Assembly (NCBI RefSeq): GCF_022539665.2
Contig: NC_081332.1
Coordinates: 6,634,001-6,698,000 of the forward strand
Source of the DNA: Daphnia carinata
Lineage: Eukaryota
Length of the DNA: 64,000 nt
Direction: 5' to 3'
Under the pieces are notes generated by a model. It was not told the DNA's origin, did not search any database, and saw only the letters and a list, made by a program, of their open reading frames with translations. The position numbers were made by a program, and so were the translations under genes. Below, in pieces: positions 39,701-52,289 of the stretch (position 1 is the stretch's first letter; every line of letters starts with the position of its first letter).

Positions 39701-42387
39701 ATTTCCAGGCCCATGTTGTGTACGCACGGCCCCGTCCGAGTCATTAAGGAGGTAGGAAAGGGTGCCATTTTCAGCCTCAGATGACCACACCTCCGGCCGA
39801 ACAGCCATATGCTTTGCTTCTCATTCAATCTAATAAATCCCATTGTTGAAGCATTGCCCATAATTTGGCCTAGCGACTTGTGTTTGCCATCATGTCAAAT
39901 CTCATCTTCATGATAAAACTCCACACTTTGTCGCATCAAGGAGCACCCTATCGTTAAAGGCTAATTATCTAGGTTTTTAAAATTGGTACTTATAGACAGT
40001 CCCATGAATGCACGGTACACTGGCGAATGGTCTTCACACCTTTTTCCGCTATCTTGCCAGACAACTAAAAAGGAGAGAGCGAAGACCAAGGCCGGCTTTC
40101 ATTGGATAGCAAATCCGATTAAATTTTCAGAGACAACTTTCGTAAAGGGCAAAGATAATGGAGAAAAAAGGTAGGAATAGCCAATGAGATTGAACAGTAC
40201 AGCATGGAAAATTATGCGAGAAATACTAGTGGACGGATCTTTGAGCTATACGACATAGCCCCCGTTTAGTGCGCGACTGAGTAATTCGACTTTGAGACAG
40301 TGACGCAAAATCAGAGGGTTCACCTTTTCTTAACAAGGTTGCCTGTAGAGTTTCAGCCCTTAATAAAACGCGGTATGAAATAAAAATAGCAAATGAACCT
40401 TGTTGCATTTAAAATCTACGTTCCAGACGATTCCCATTCTTTGAGAGCTAATTTGCTGAACCTATATGACAGCTGGAATGAAAAGTCAACAGTTGCGTCC
40501 AAACAAACAGTTTACAAACAAAAATTAAAAAAAAAGAAATTTTATACGAGACGATAAATTTAAAGATAGCAATCTGCGAAATGTAATGGCGGCGGTGTAT
40601 CACAGAGGGATTCTGTATCCCAAGGGGCGTTTTTTTTTTTTTTTTCTAACGTTCACCGGAATCGATCACATCCACCCAACTGGAAAACACTTCGGTAGTA
40701 TATTTCAGGTGTCTCAATGTCCCACGATTTAATACACATTCATAACAAGCAAAAGAACACCGGATTGTGACGGGAGAAGGCCATCAGCATGGCACAGCTC
40801 ATTATACAACAAGAAACGTACTGTATATTTTAATTTCATAAAATTTGTTTTAACCACAAGGTGATTTTGCTTTGCTTTGCTCTCAACATAATATTGAAAA
40901 TCAAACTGTTGTATCAGCAAATACATGTGCTCTTGTATTTAAATTATAAAATAATTTAAAGCGAATTCAGAGTTTTTCAAATCATAGCAAAAATCAAGGT
41001 TAATGACAAGCGCATTAAAGAATATACAATAATTTCGAACCTTTTGCATGAAAAAAAAAAAAGATGTATGGCGATTCCTGAAGTTGCCGATCGGCACCGA
41101 CGGTTTAAATCGGCTGCCCCATGGGGCTCCGCCAAAGAAAGGGTTGATTCGGGTCGAAAGCTGACCTTGAAATAGGGGTGTGTTACGAGATAAGCCCGCG
41201 AATCCCATAATTTTTTCAAAAGTGTTGTTCAAAAGGAACAGAAACCTATGATCAGCGAGCTCAAAGCGAACTAACTGTCGGCAACTATGTCTTCGCCAAT
41301 CGGCTATCCTACAATTTCAGCACCGTCAGCACCCGTAACGTAAAATCCATTTGTCTTTCCGTTTGCAATTATTTTAAGGCTAAAAACTTCCTTCAACTAC
41401 TCCTAATAATATTCAACTAACTCCTAAAACTTAAAAAATGTACTTGCTGATGGACACAAAGTACGAAAAAAAAAATTGGGTGTGAAAACTGAAGTAAACT
41501 GGGCAAGTTCGGTTTGCTTCCCCAATTCTTAGCAGAAGAAAGCCCCACCTGACCATTTACGTGAACCTTCGCACAGCCCTAATCGTTTCTACTTAACTTA
41601 CCATAGGTTGGTAATTTCGAAACAATCGGGACTGCAACCAGAATTCACATCAAATTTACTTGTTTAGCGGGGGGTGGCGACTCCCATAACCGACTTTCTT
41701 CATACTTCAGCTTACACAGTAACGGCGCTAGCGAACCAACACCGTTACCAAACTGAAAGTGTTACATCAAGTCTTTTATACTGCACCATACGTGATCAAA
41801 CTATCACTGATAAAAGGCTACTCTTTATGGCACAAATTGACGTTTAATGTTAAAGTTAGCAAACAAAATAAACTAAATTGGCAATTTTAACAAATGAACT
41901 TTATTCTGTACTTCTTTTAGTATCTTTCGAATAGAATTTCTTTTATGTTTGGAAAAAATTACAAGCGAAAAAATCCACAATAAAAAAAATCCTATGGTCT
42001 AATCACGGGTCGTGATTCACGATCCGGGGCCGAGCCCTAATCGTGAATGAAAAGTGTCCTGCCGTAAGACTAGTCATCTGGCACCGCCTGCTGATTTTAA
42101 CTTAACGGCATCGTCTGCTATTTTTCTGAAAGTTTTTGTTTACAATATGAACACTAAATCCTACACAAAATGGTGCAAAGTATTCGATTCGTGTGCGGTC
42201 CTGGCACAGTGGCAATCGCCATAGCTTCGTAGTTAGTTTCCTCGTGTTCGATTTCCGCCACCTACAAAAAAACCCCATTCCTCGGAACAACTCAAAAAGA
42301 AGAAAAAAACAATAATTACCCGTGCGTAAGGGATTGCTAGGCAACCTCGTGAAGCTGGTGCAGACGCACCAGTCGCACGGATAGTAG

Positions 42388-43023
42388 TCGTTTCTTAGAA
42401 AATACATCGTTCCTCGATCCTCATGAATATCGATAACCTTTTCCCGACCACTTGAAGGTATTGAATTATTTCACATCAAATGTTTTTTTCTGTTTATCAA
42501 TTCCTTTTTCTGTAGGACCATAAAAGTTGCAATATTCTGCTGCTTTGCATCGAATGCCACACGGTTTGCAGCAGCCATGAGAACTATAAAGAATGATTTG
42601 TCATTGAAGGTCGACGCTCCAATTGGTACCCAACTAACTGTTAAGGTTAGTCACCCCCTTTGCTGAATTTTACCACTGAGATATTTTTAGAAATTCAACT
42701 TTAGTGGTACAGAAAGTTTTTAACGAGTCATTCTTTTTCCATTTTAGACAAAACTCGATAAAAGACTGAGTAATGTCCAGAAAGCTGCAAATGCCTTAAT
42801 TTGTAACCGACCTGCAATTCCATCTGACAGATTAGCAGTTCTAGAGGATGTCATAAAAATGTACTATGAAGTTGAAAAGCTGACACCTTTGGTCATGGAG
42901 ATGGCCAAAAATCTTGAAGTTCATGTGCCCAATTCTGACTACGTTCCACATGGCTTAAAAGCAGTTCGCTATTTTGAACAGGATCATCCTGGTGGATTGT
43001 TGGCATCGGAATGCCTGTGGAGG
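42388..43023 (+). pseudogene. EXD2: EXD2 C-terminal (HNH-like/Zn) fragment with introns, copy 1. Exon pieces 42388-42457, 42516-42645, 42748-43023
   Basis: Manual translation SFLRKYIVP(fs)HEYR*PFPDHLK|DHKSCNILLLCIECHTVCSSHEN(fs)IKNDLSLKVDAPIG...|...VQKAANAL...NSDYVPHGLKAV...LWR parallels my recollection of EXD2 (RKNVIPHEYRKHFP...KDHNSHDVLLLC..CH...APIG...NYVPHGLKVV...RWR). Stop at ~42434, 7-nt duplication at ~42415, frameshift at ~42585; no exonuclease domain. Confidence 0.85.
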
Positions 43024-43731
43024 GGAATCACTAAAGTCCCTGGGATCAGTAAAGCAATCGACTGATGATGATGAGGGGAATGGCTCGTGTTCACTAGCAA
43101 ATCCACAACTACTAGACAACGTCTTCACCTTTGTGAAAACTCCTTTTTGCTCCGCCATTCACATTGTCAACAAGGTTTCAGAAGACAAATGGTCTAAATG
43201 GGAAAGGATTTAAATCGAGCACTTCATATGCAACCGCTGACGGAACGTTGTGGGTCGGAACCAACGGAATTCATTGCCAAAGTTACCAAGAGACCTCTGC
43301 ACAGCTTAGTTAACTATGGACGCAAGCAGTTACGAGTTGGCTGCCAATTTTGCTACAAAAACGGAGAGCTTCGTAGTGTGGTACTTAACCTTCGTTGGTT
43401 ATTGCAATTGGATTGAAAAATGTGTAATTTTTAATTATTTAGGTAGAGTCTCATACGTTGCGCTATCCGGTCACGCGTGCCGTCATTTGGCCGGTACTGC
43501 GTAAGTATGTTTGTGAAATGTGCGGAGCTACAGGAGACAGCGCGCATACCAAATTTTACTGTAATTCAGTCTTATTAGATGTTTTCATAAAATTTGTTTT
43601 AACCACAGGGTGATTTTATTTGATTCGTTGATTTAAAAGGCCCCAATAATCGCAACCAAAAGACGGCGCCTACGGCAATCTTACTTAAAACTACTCGCCA
43701 CAACGCAACTGGTAAACGGACTAATATGTAA
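43024..43731 (+). pseudogene. nanos: Nanos-like (CCHC)2 zinc-finger gene, 5'-truncated and frameshifted, copy 1. Residual ORF exons 43198-43380, 43443-43560, 43640-43731
   Basis: Spliced product ...GCQFCYKNGELRSV|VESHTLRYPVTRAVIWPVLRKYVCEMCGATGDSAHTKFYC|PNNRNQKTAPTAILLKTTRHNATGKRTNM* gives C-x2-C-x12-H-x11-[W instead of C]-x7-C-x2-C-x7-H-x4-C-P plus a basic tail. GT-AG introns of 62 and 79 nt. An apparent 1-nt deletion at ~43203-43205 separates the upstream frame (...DKWSKWE) from KDLNRAL. Confidence 0.88.
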
Positions 43732-44549
43732 CATGATTGAGACTTCTTCAAGGATTCGGCTGATTGCCCATTTTGGCAATGAAAACAACACGGCTTGCAT
43801 TATGTTTTATTTCGATATGCTTATCATGAAATTTAGAAAAATTTGTCATCAAGACTTCAGTGAGTTCAATCGTGTTTGTGCTGCCAATTCGTACGTATGG
43901 ATATTCAGTTGCTACAAAAGAAGTTTGATTACACTGCCTCAAAGTTCCACTATGCAAGACTCACCTTTGCGCATTTGGACTGAGAAACACGTTTCACCTT
44001 GCTCTCAACATAATATTGAAAATCAAACTGTTGCATCGGCAAATACATGTGCTCTAGTAGTTAAATTATAAAATAATTTAAAGCCAATTCAGAGTTTATC
44101 AAATCATAACAAAAACCAAGGTTAATGACACGGGCGTTATGAATATACAATAATTTCGAACCTTTTGTCCACTTCGAAAGCAATGAAGACTTCAAGTAAG
44201 ATTATTACGTGATAACTTTGAATTAAAAAGAGAATTTCCATACGATTTTTGGGATTCAGTTACTTTGCTGTGGAATTGTGCTACGCGTCATTGGATCAGG
44301 TGCCAACGAGTTTTCTGTTGACCATTCGTTAAACTCCCTTCATCCCCTCTCAAAAAAAAAAAAAAAATTAAATGAATTTAAATTAAATATCACGTTGTGA
44401 TTGTTCGCATTTCGAATTTCCTTCTGCACATGCTGCATTGATGTGCCAGTCATAGCCTGCTATCAGTTGAGTCCTGGCATTCGGACAGATGAGAACCGGA
44501 TGTTGATGGGATGTAGATCAATAAGGAGTAATTAACGGAGTAGTCATTA

Positions 44550-45216
44550 ACGGAATAGTGGACCACTAGCGTGCATCTTGCACGGCGATTACTGGATCAA
44601 CAACATGCTGTTCAAATACGAAGACGATGGCAAACCCAGTTCTGAATCAATTGCCCTTAAAATGGTTGATTTCCAAGTGGCTAGAATTTGTCATCCCCTC
44701 AGCGACATCTTCTACTTCATGTACTCGAGCGCCGCTCCGGAGACGAGAGAGAAACATATGCTCGTTTTGTTATGTTCGTTATTATTTCGATACTTTAACC
44801 ATTGATTCGAGTTTATTTGGTGTTTCTCTCGATGACTACACTTGGCAAGATTTTTGGACGATTATAAGAAGAGATCGCTGATGTGGATGTTGAGGGGAAT
44901 CGTTGTTATGTCGGCTGCTCTCAACAAGAAGGCTGTCAACGATTTACACGAACTGGATGCGGAGGAAAAGCTGAAGGGACCTAAGCCAGGTCTACACTCT
45001 ACGATCTTTTCTGGATTCGTTTTATTTTCAACTGTTAAATAATGTAGGGATCGATGCGGAAACGATTAAAGGCGAAAGTGGATTCAGTCTCGAACTCGAG
45101 GAAACGATGAAAAATGTGACGGCCAGCCAAAAAAGTTGAGCGATAGCCCAATTCTAACCGATCGTCTTGCGAAACTCATGAGCGAAGTTAAAGCTTTACA
45201 CTGTTCACAGAAATAG
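44550..45216 (+). pseudogene. Ecdysteroid-kinase-like (EcKL / choline-kinase-like) 3' fragment, copy 1
   Basis: CILHGDYWINNMLFKY...KMVDFQVARICHPLSDIFYFMYSS (Brenner-type HGD-x-W-x-NN and DFQ motifs), then YYFDTL...F.DDYKKR. At least three frameshifts; intron at ~44990-45047; stop TAG at 45214-45216; AATAAA at 45262; N-terminal half absent. Confidence 0.88.
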
Positions 45217-48200
45217 GTTTTGTTTCGAGGCTTGTGTTCCTACCTATTTTCGAGCTGATTAAATAAATTATACAATAATCTGTTGTGATACAGATACGAC
45301 CACAACATCTTGCCATCTTGTCCTTCAGTCTTTCACTTCATTTCAAATTAAAATGTATCCTATTTTGGTAGAAAAATGTCGGAAAGTGAGGCAGACTTAG
45401 GTGTTTTGACTCATAAAACTCCTTATACTTTAAGAACACCCACGATGAAAATCATGGGGGTTTGAAATCAATAGGTAGAATCTACTGCAACGAAATATTT
45501 CATTGCACTTAAAGCTGTTTAACCCTATCGTAAGAAAGATTAAGACCTCTACTAGTAAGAAACTATGTTAAAATTAATTATTGCTTATTAAAATTAATAT
45601 ATTTTAATAATAATGTAACATATATAGTCGTGTTGCTGTGTTTATGGTAGTTAATGTCTGTATTAGTTTGTGCGCTATGTTCGGTATGTTAGTGTCGGTT
45701 AGTTTGCATCTTGGTGAAGGTCAATTGTGAAGGTATATTCTAGTCCTTAATTAATAATATTTCGCCCAATTCTTTCATGGAATCTATCCTAGTAGCACAA
45801 TACCTACCCAATATCAAGGCGACTCTGTCTATTACTTCTCAGGCCAACCCTAATTCTCATGGGTTAATATTGGCCACTGAAGCGACTTTTCTGTTACATA
45901 TTTCAAGCTTAGTTACCCAAGATTTCACGTCACTTTCTGAGCCTTTAAATAGGGATGCTCAGGTAATGCATTTGTTGGATGTTACTAGAAAACCGCTAAG
46001 AACACGGAGGTAAAATTTACGTTAATAATTTCACGACCTTAACTAAACGCTAAAGATTCGGTATGGGCACCTGTACCAACAGTTTTGAAACCTTCTTCAG
46101 CCCTAGTTACCCTGCAGTTTGCTTCGCTTTCTGAGCCTATAAATGGAAACGCTCAGTTAATCCAGTTGTCAAGTGTTTCTAGAAAAACACCGAAAAGCAA
46201 ACAGGTAAAATTTAAATTAATATTTCAAAACGCGAATGCTTTAACTGAAATGGGACTGCATTTCTTTAAGGGACAAACGGAAAGCTGCCTGTTGGCTCGC
46301 AGAGCCTTCATGAGTCAAATAGCATACAATCTAAACAAAATTCCGACGATTCAGTATCGGCCCAACACCAGCAGTATTGAAATCTCTTCAACCATAGTCA
46401 TCCAAGAGTTACCTTCACCTTTTAATCGTGTAATGTCGGCGGCAGGAAGCTCTTCTATTAAGCAGTTTACAGGTGCGGGAAAAATTGCTCCTAAGAATAC
46501 GGACGGTAAGATTTTTATTAATGATTCGTGATATTAATGCAATATTTTTTTTCGTTGTATACGTTCTTGTATAGACAATCAAGAGAGTACTTACGTCAAC
46601 GCAAACAGAAAGTGTATCAGATAACCCATACTACAAAGCCGTACCAAAGGAAGTTTATCATTCTTCACGTTCAACCACTGCCACCTTCCAACGAGAAAAA
46701 TTTAAAAAAAATATGACGGGGCAGACGAAAGACAACAAAAGAGCGAAATGGAGAGAGGAGTAGACGGAATGAATCCATTTCCAGGCCCATGTTGTGTACG
46801 CACGGCCCCGTCCGAGTCATTAAGGAGGTAGGAAAGGGTGCCATTTTCAGCCTCAGATGACCACACCTCCGGCCGAACAGCCATATGCTTTGCTTCTCAT
46901 TCAATCTAATAAATCCCATTGTTGAAGCATTGCCCATAATTTGGCCTAGCGACTTGTGTTTGCCATCATGTCAAATCTCATCTTCATGATAAAACTCCAC
47001 ACTTTGTCGCATCAAGGAGCACCCTATCGTTAAAGGCTAATTATCTAGGTTTTTAAAATTGGTACTTATAGACAGTCCCATGAATGCACGGTACACTGGC
47101 GAATGGTCTTCACACCTTTTTCCGCTATCTTGCCAGACAACTAAAAAGGAGAGAGCGAAGACCAAGGCCGGCTCATTGGATAGCAAATCCGATTAAATTT
47201 TCAGAGACAACTTTCGTAAAGGGCAAAGATAATGGAGAAAAAAGGTAGGAATAGCCAATGAGATTGAACAGTACAGCATGGAAAATTATGCGAGAAATAC
47301 TAGTGGACGGATCTTTGAGCTATACGACATAGCCCCCGTTTAGTGCGCGACTGAGTAATTCGACTTTGAGACAGTGACGCAAAATCAGAGGGTTCACCTT
47401 TTCTTAACAAGGTTGCCTGTAGAGTTTCAGCCCTTAATAAAACGCGGTATGAAATAAAAATAGCAAATGAACCTTGTTGCATTTAAAATCTACGTTCCAG
47501 ACGATTCCCATTCTTTGAGAGCTAATTTGCTGAACCTATATGACAGCTGGAATGAAAAGTCAACAGTTGCGTCCAAACAAACAGTTTACAAACAAAAATT
47601 AAAAAAAAAGAAATTTTATACGAGACGATAAATTTAAAGATAGCAATCTGCGAAATGTAATGGCGGCGGTGTATCACAGAGGGATTCTGTATCCCAAGGG
47701 GCGTTTTTTTTTTTTTTTCTAACGTTCACCGGAATCGATCACATCCACCCAACTGGAAAACACTTCGGTAGTATATTTCAGGTGTCTCAATGTCCCACGA
47801 TTTAATACACATTCATAACAAGCAAAAGAACACCGGATTGTGACGGGAGAAGGCCATCAGCATGGCACAGCTCATTATACAACAAGAAACGTACTGTATA
47901 TTTTAATTTCATAAAATTTGTTTTAACCACAAGGTGATTTTGCTTTGCTTTGCTCTCAACATAATATTGAAAATCAAACTGTTGTATCAGCAAATACATG
48001 TGCTCTTGTATTTAAATTATAAAATAATTTAAAGCGAATTCAGAGTTTTTCAAATCATAGCAAAAATCAAGGTTAATGACAAGCGCATTAAAGAATATAC
48101 AATAATTTCGAACCTTTTGCATGAAAAAAAAAAAAGATGTATGGCGATTCCTGAAGTTGCCGATCGGCACCGACGGTTTAAATCGGCTGCCCCATGGGGC

Positions 48201-49460
48201 TCCGCCAAAGAAAGGGTTGATTCGGGTCGAAAGCTGACCTTGAAATAGGGGTGTGTTACGAGATAAGCCCGCGAATCCCATAATTTTTTCAAAAGTGTTG
48301 TTCAAAAGGAACAGAAACCTATGATCAGCGAGCTCAAAGCGAACTAACTGTCGGCAACTATGTCTTCGCCAATCGGCTATCCTACAATTTCAGCACCGTC
48401 AGCACCCGTAACGTAAAATCCATTTGTCTTTCCGTTTGCAATTATTTTAAGGCTAAAAACTTCCTTCAACTACTCCTAATAATATTCAACTAACTCCTAA
48501 AACTTAAAAAATGTACTTGCTGATGGACACAAAGTACGAAAAAAAAAATTGGGTGTGAAAACTGAAGTAAACTGGGCAAGTTCGGTTTGCTTCCCCAATT
48601 CTTAGCAGAAGAAAGCCCCACCTGACCATTTACGTGAACCTTCGCACAGCCCTAATCGTTTCTACTTAACTTACCATAGGTTGGTAATTTCGAAACAATC
48701 GGGACTGCAACCAGAATTCACATCAAATTTACTTTTTTAGCGGGGGGTGGCGACTCCCATAACCGACTTTCTTCATACTTCAGCTTACACAGTAACGGCG
48801 CTAGCGAACCAACACCGTTACCAAACTGAAAGTGTTACATCAAGTCTTTTATACTGCACCATACGTGATCAAACTATCACTGATAAAAGGCTACTCTTTA
48901 TGGCACAAATTGACGTTTAATGTTAAAGTTAGCAAACAAAATAAACTAAATTGGCAATTTTAACAAATGAACTTTATTCTGTACTTCTTTTAGTATCTTT
49001 CGAATAGAATTTCTTTTATGTTTGGAAAAAATTACAAGCGAAAAAATCCACAATAAAAAAAATCCTATGGTCTAATCACGGGTCGTGATTCACGATCCGG
49101 GGCCGAGCCCTAATCGTGAATGAAAAGTGTCCTGCCGTAAGACTAGTCATCTGGCACCGCCTGCTGATTTTAACTTAACGGCATCGTCTGCTATTTTTCT
49201 GAAAGTTTTTGTTTACAATATGAACACTAAATCCTACACAAAATGGTGCAAAGTATTCGATTCGTGTGCGGTCCTGGCACAGTGGCAATCGCCATAGCTT
49301 CGTAGTTAGTTTCCTCGTGTTCGATTTCCGCCACCTACAAAAAAACCCCATTCCTCGGAACAACTCAAAAAGAAGAAAAAAACAATAATTACCCGTGCGT
49401 AAGGGATTGCTAGGCAACCTCGTGAAGCTGGTGCAGACGCACCAGTCGCACGGATAGTAG

Positions 49461-50096
49461 TCGTTTCTTAGAAAATACATCGTTCCTCGATCCTCATGAA
49501 TATCGATAACCTTTTCCCGACCACTTGAAGGTATTGAATTATTTCACATCAAATGTTTTTTTCTGTTTATCAATTCCTTTTTCTGTAGGACCATAAAAGT
49601 TGCAATATTCTGCTGCTTTGCATCGAATGCCACACGGTTTGCAGCAGCCATGAGAACTATAAAGAATGATTTGTCATTGAAGGTCGACGCTCCAATTGGT
49701 ACCCAACTAACTGTTAAGGTTAGTCACCCCCTTTGCTGAATTTTACCACTGAGATATTTTTAGAAATTCAACTTTAGTGGTACAGAAAGTTTTTAACGAA
49801 TCATTCTTTTTCCATTTTAGACAAAACTCGATAAAAGACTGAGTAATGTCCAGAAAGCTGCAAATGCCTTAATTTGTAACCGACCTGCAATTCCATCTGA
49901 CAGATTAGCAGTTCTAGAGGATGTCATAAAAATGTACTATGAAGTTGAAAAGCTGACACCTTTGGTCATGGAGATGGCCAAAAATCTTGAAGTTCATGTG
50001 CCCAATTCTGACTACGTTCCACATGGCTTAAAAGCAGTTCGCTATTTTGAACAGGATCATCCTGGTGGATTGTTGGCATCGGAACGCCTGTGGAGG
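49461..50096 (+). pseudogene. EXD2: EXD2 C-terminal fragment, copy 2
   Basis: Same as copy 1 shifted by +7073, with ERLWR instead of ECLWR. Confidence 0.85.
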
Positions 50097-50804
50097 GGAA
50101 TCACTAAAGTCCCTGGGATCAGTAAAGCAATCGACTGATGATGATGAGGGGAATGGCTCGTGTTCACTAGCAAATCCACAACTACTAGACAACGTCTTCA
50201 CCTTTGTGAAAACTCCTTTTTGCTCCGCCATTCACATTGTCAACAAGGTTTCAGAAGACAAATGGTCTAAATGGGAAAGGATTTAAATCGAGCACTTCAT
50301 ATGCAACCGCTGACGGAACGTTGTGGGTCGGAACCAACGGAATTCATTGCCAAAGTTACCAAGAGACCTCTGCACAGCTTAGTTAACTATGGACGCAAGC
50401 AGTTACGAGTTGGCTGCCAATTTTGCTACAAAAACGGAGAGCTTCGTAGTGTGGTACTTAACCTTCGTTGGTTATTGCAATTGGATTGAAAAATGTGTAA
50501 TTTTTAATTATTTAGGTAGAGTCTCATACGTTGCGCTATCCGGTCACGCGTGCCGTCATTTGGCCGGTACTGCGTAAGTATGTTTGTGAAATGTGCGGAG
50601 CTACAGGAGACAGCGCGCATACCAAATTTTACTGTAATTCAGTCTTATTAGATGTTTTCATAAAATTTGTTTTAACCACAGGGTGATTTTATTTGATTCG
50701 TTGATTTAAAAGGCCCCAATAATCGCAACCAAAAGACGGCGCCTACGGCAATCTTACTTAAAACTACTCGCCACAACGCAACTGGTAAACGGACTAATAT
50801 GTAA
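50097..50804 (+). pseudogene. nanos: Nanos-like zinc-finger gene, copy 2 (residual ORF 50271-50804)
   Basis: Same as copy 1, including TGG (Trp) at 50561-50563. Confidence 0.88.
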
Positions 50805-51622
50805 CATGATTGAGACTTCTTCAAGGATTCGGCTGATTGCCCATTTTGGCAATGAAAACAACACGGCTTGCATTATGTTTTATTTCGATATGCTTATCAT
50901 GAAATTTAGAAAAATTTGTCATCAAGACTTCAGTGAGTTCAATCGTGTTTGTGCTGCCAATTCGTACGTATGGATATTCAGTTGCTACAAAAGAAGTTTG
51001 ATTACACTGCCTCAAAGTTCCACTATGCAAGACTCACCTTTGCGCATTTGGACTGAGAAACACGTTTCACCTTGCTCTCAACATAATATTGAAAATCAAA
51101 CTGTTGCATCGGCAAATACATGTGCTCTAGTAGTTAAATTATAAAATAATTTAAAGCCAATTCAGAGTTTATCAAATCATAACAAAAACCAAGGTTAATG
51201 ACACGGGCGTTATGAATATACAATAATTTCGAACCTTTTGTCCACTTCGAAAGCAATGAAGACTTCAAGTAAGATTATTACGTGATAACTTTGAATTAAA
51301 AAGAGAATTTCCATACGATTTTTTGGGATTCAGTTACTTTGCTGTGGAATTGTGCTACGCGTCATTGGATCAGGTGCCAACGAGTTTTCTGTGACCATTC
51401 GTTAAACTCCCTTCATCCCCTCTCAAAAAAAAAAAAAAAATTAAATGAATTTAAATTAAATATCACGTTGTGATTGTTCGCATTTCGAATTTCCTTCTGC
51501 ACATGCTGCATTGATGTGCCAGTCATAGCCTGCTATCAGTTGAGTCCTGGCATTCGGACAGATGAGAACCGGATGTTGATGGGATGTAGATCAATAAGGA
51601 GTAATTAACGGAGTAGTCATTA

Positions 51623-52289
51623 ACGGAATAGTGGACCACTAGCGTGCATCTTGCACGGCGATTACTGGATCAACAACATGCTGTTCAAATACGAAGACGA
51701 TGGCAAACCCAGTTCTGAATCAATTGCCCTTAAAATGGTTGATTTCCAAGTGGCTAGAATTTGTCATCCCCTCAGCGACATCTTCTACTTCATGTACTCG
51801 AGCGCCGCTCCGGAGACGAGAGAGAAACATATGCTCGTTTTGTTATGTTCGTTATTATTTCGATACTTTAACCATTGATTCGAGTTTATTTGGTGTTTCT
51901 CTCGATGACTACACTTGGCAAGATTTTTGGACGATTATAAGAAGAGATCGCTGATGTGGATGTTGAGGGGAATCGTTGTTATGTCGGCTGCTCTCAACAA
52001 GAAGGCTGTCAACGATTTACACGAACTGGATGCGGAGGAAAAGCTGAAGGGACCTAAGCCAGGTCTACACTCTACGATCTTTTCTGGATTCGTTTTATTT
52101 TCAACTGTTAAATAATGTAGGGATCGATGCGGAAACGATTAAAGGCGAAAGTGGATTCAGTCTCGAACTCGAGGAAACGATGAAAAATGTGACGGCCAGC
52201 CAAAAAAGTTGAGCGATAGCCCAATTCTAACCGATCGTCTTGCGAAACTCATGAGCGAAGTTAAAGCTTTACACTGTTCACAGAAATAG
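51623..52289 (+). pseudogene. EcKL 3' fragment, copy 2
   Basis: Same as copy 1 shifted by +7073. Confidence 0.88.

Noticed and set aside
41100..41230. Minus-strand THPYFKV resembling a hAT transposase motif
   Set aside because: Too short, and no other transposase motifs or TIRs were found.
43561..43613. Nanos ORF ending at the unspliced stop TGA 43611-43613
   Set aside because: A GT-AG intron at 43561-43639 restores the canonical YCP and the basic tail, so the spliced model fits better.
45270..45310. Transposon termini (TIR, LTR, TC/CTRR) at the unit-unit junction
   Set aside because: The junction ...TGTGATA|CAGATACG shows no inverted repeat, TG...CA LTR pair, CTRR or TSD.
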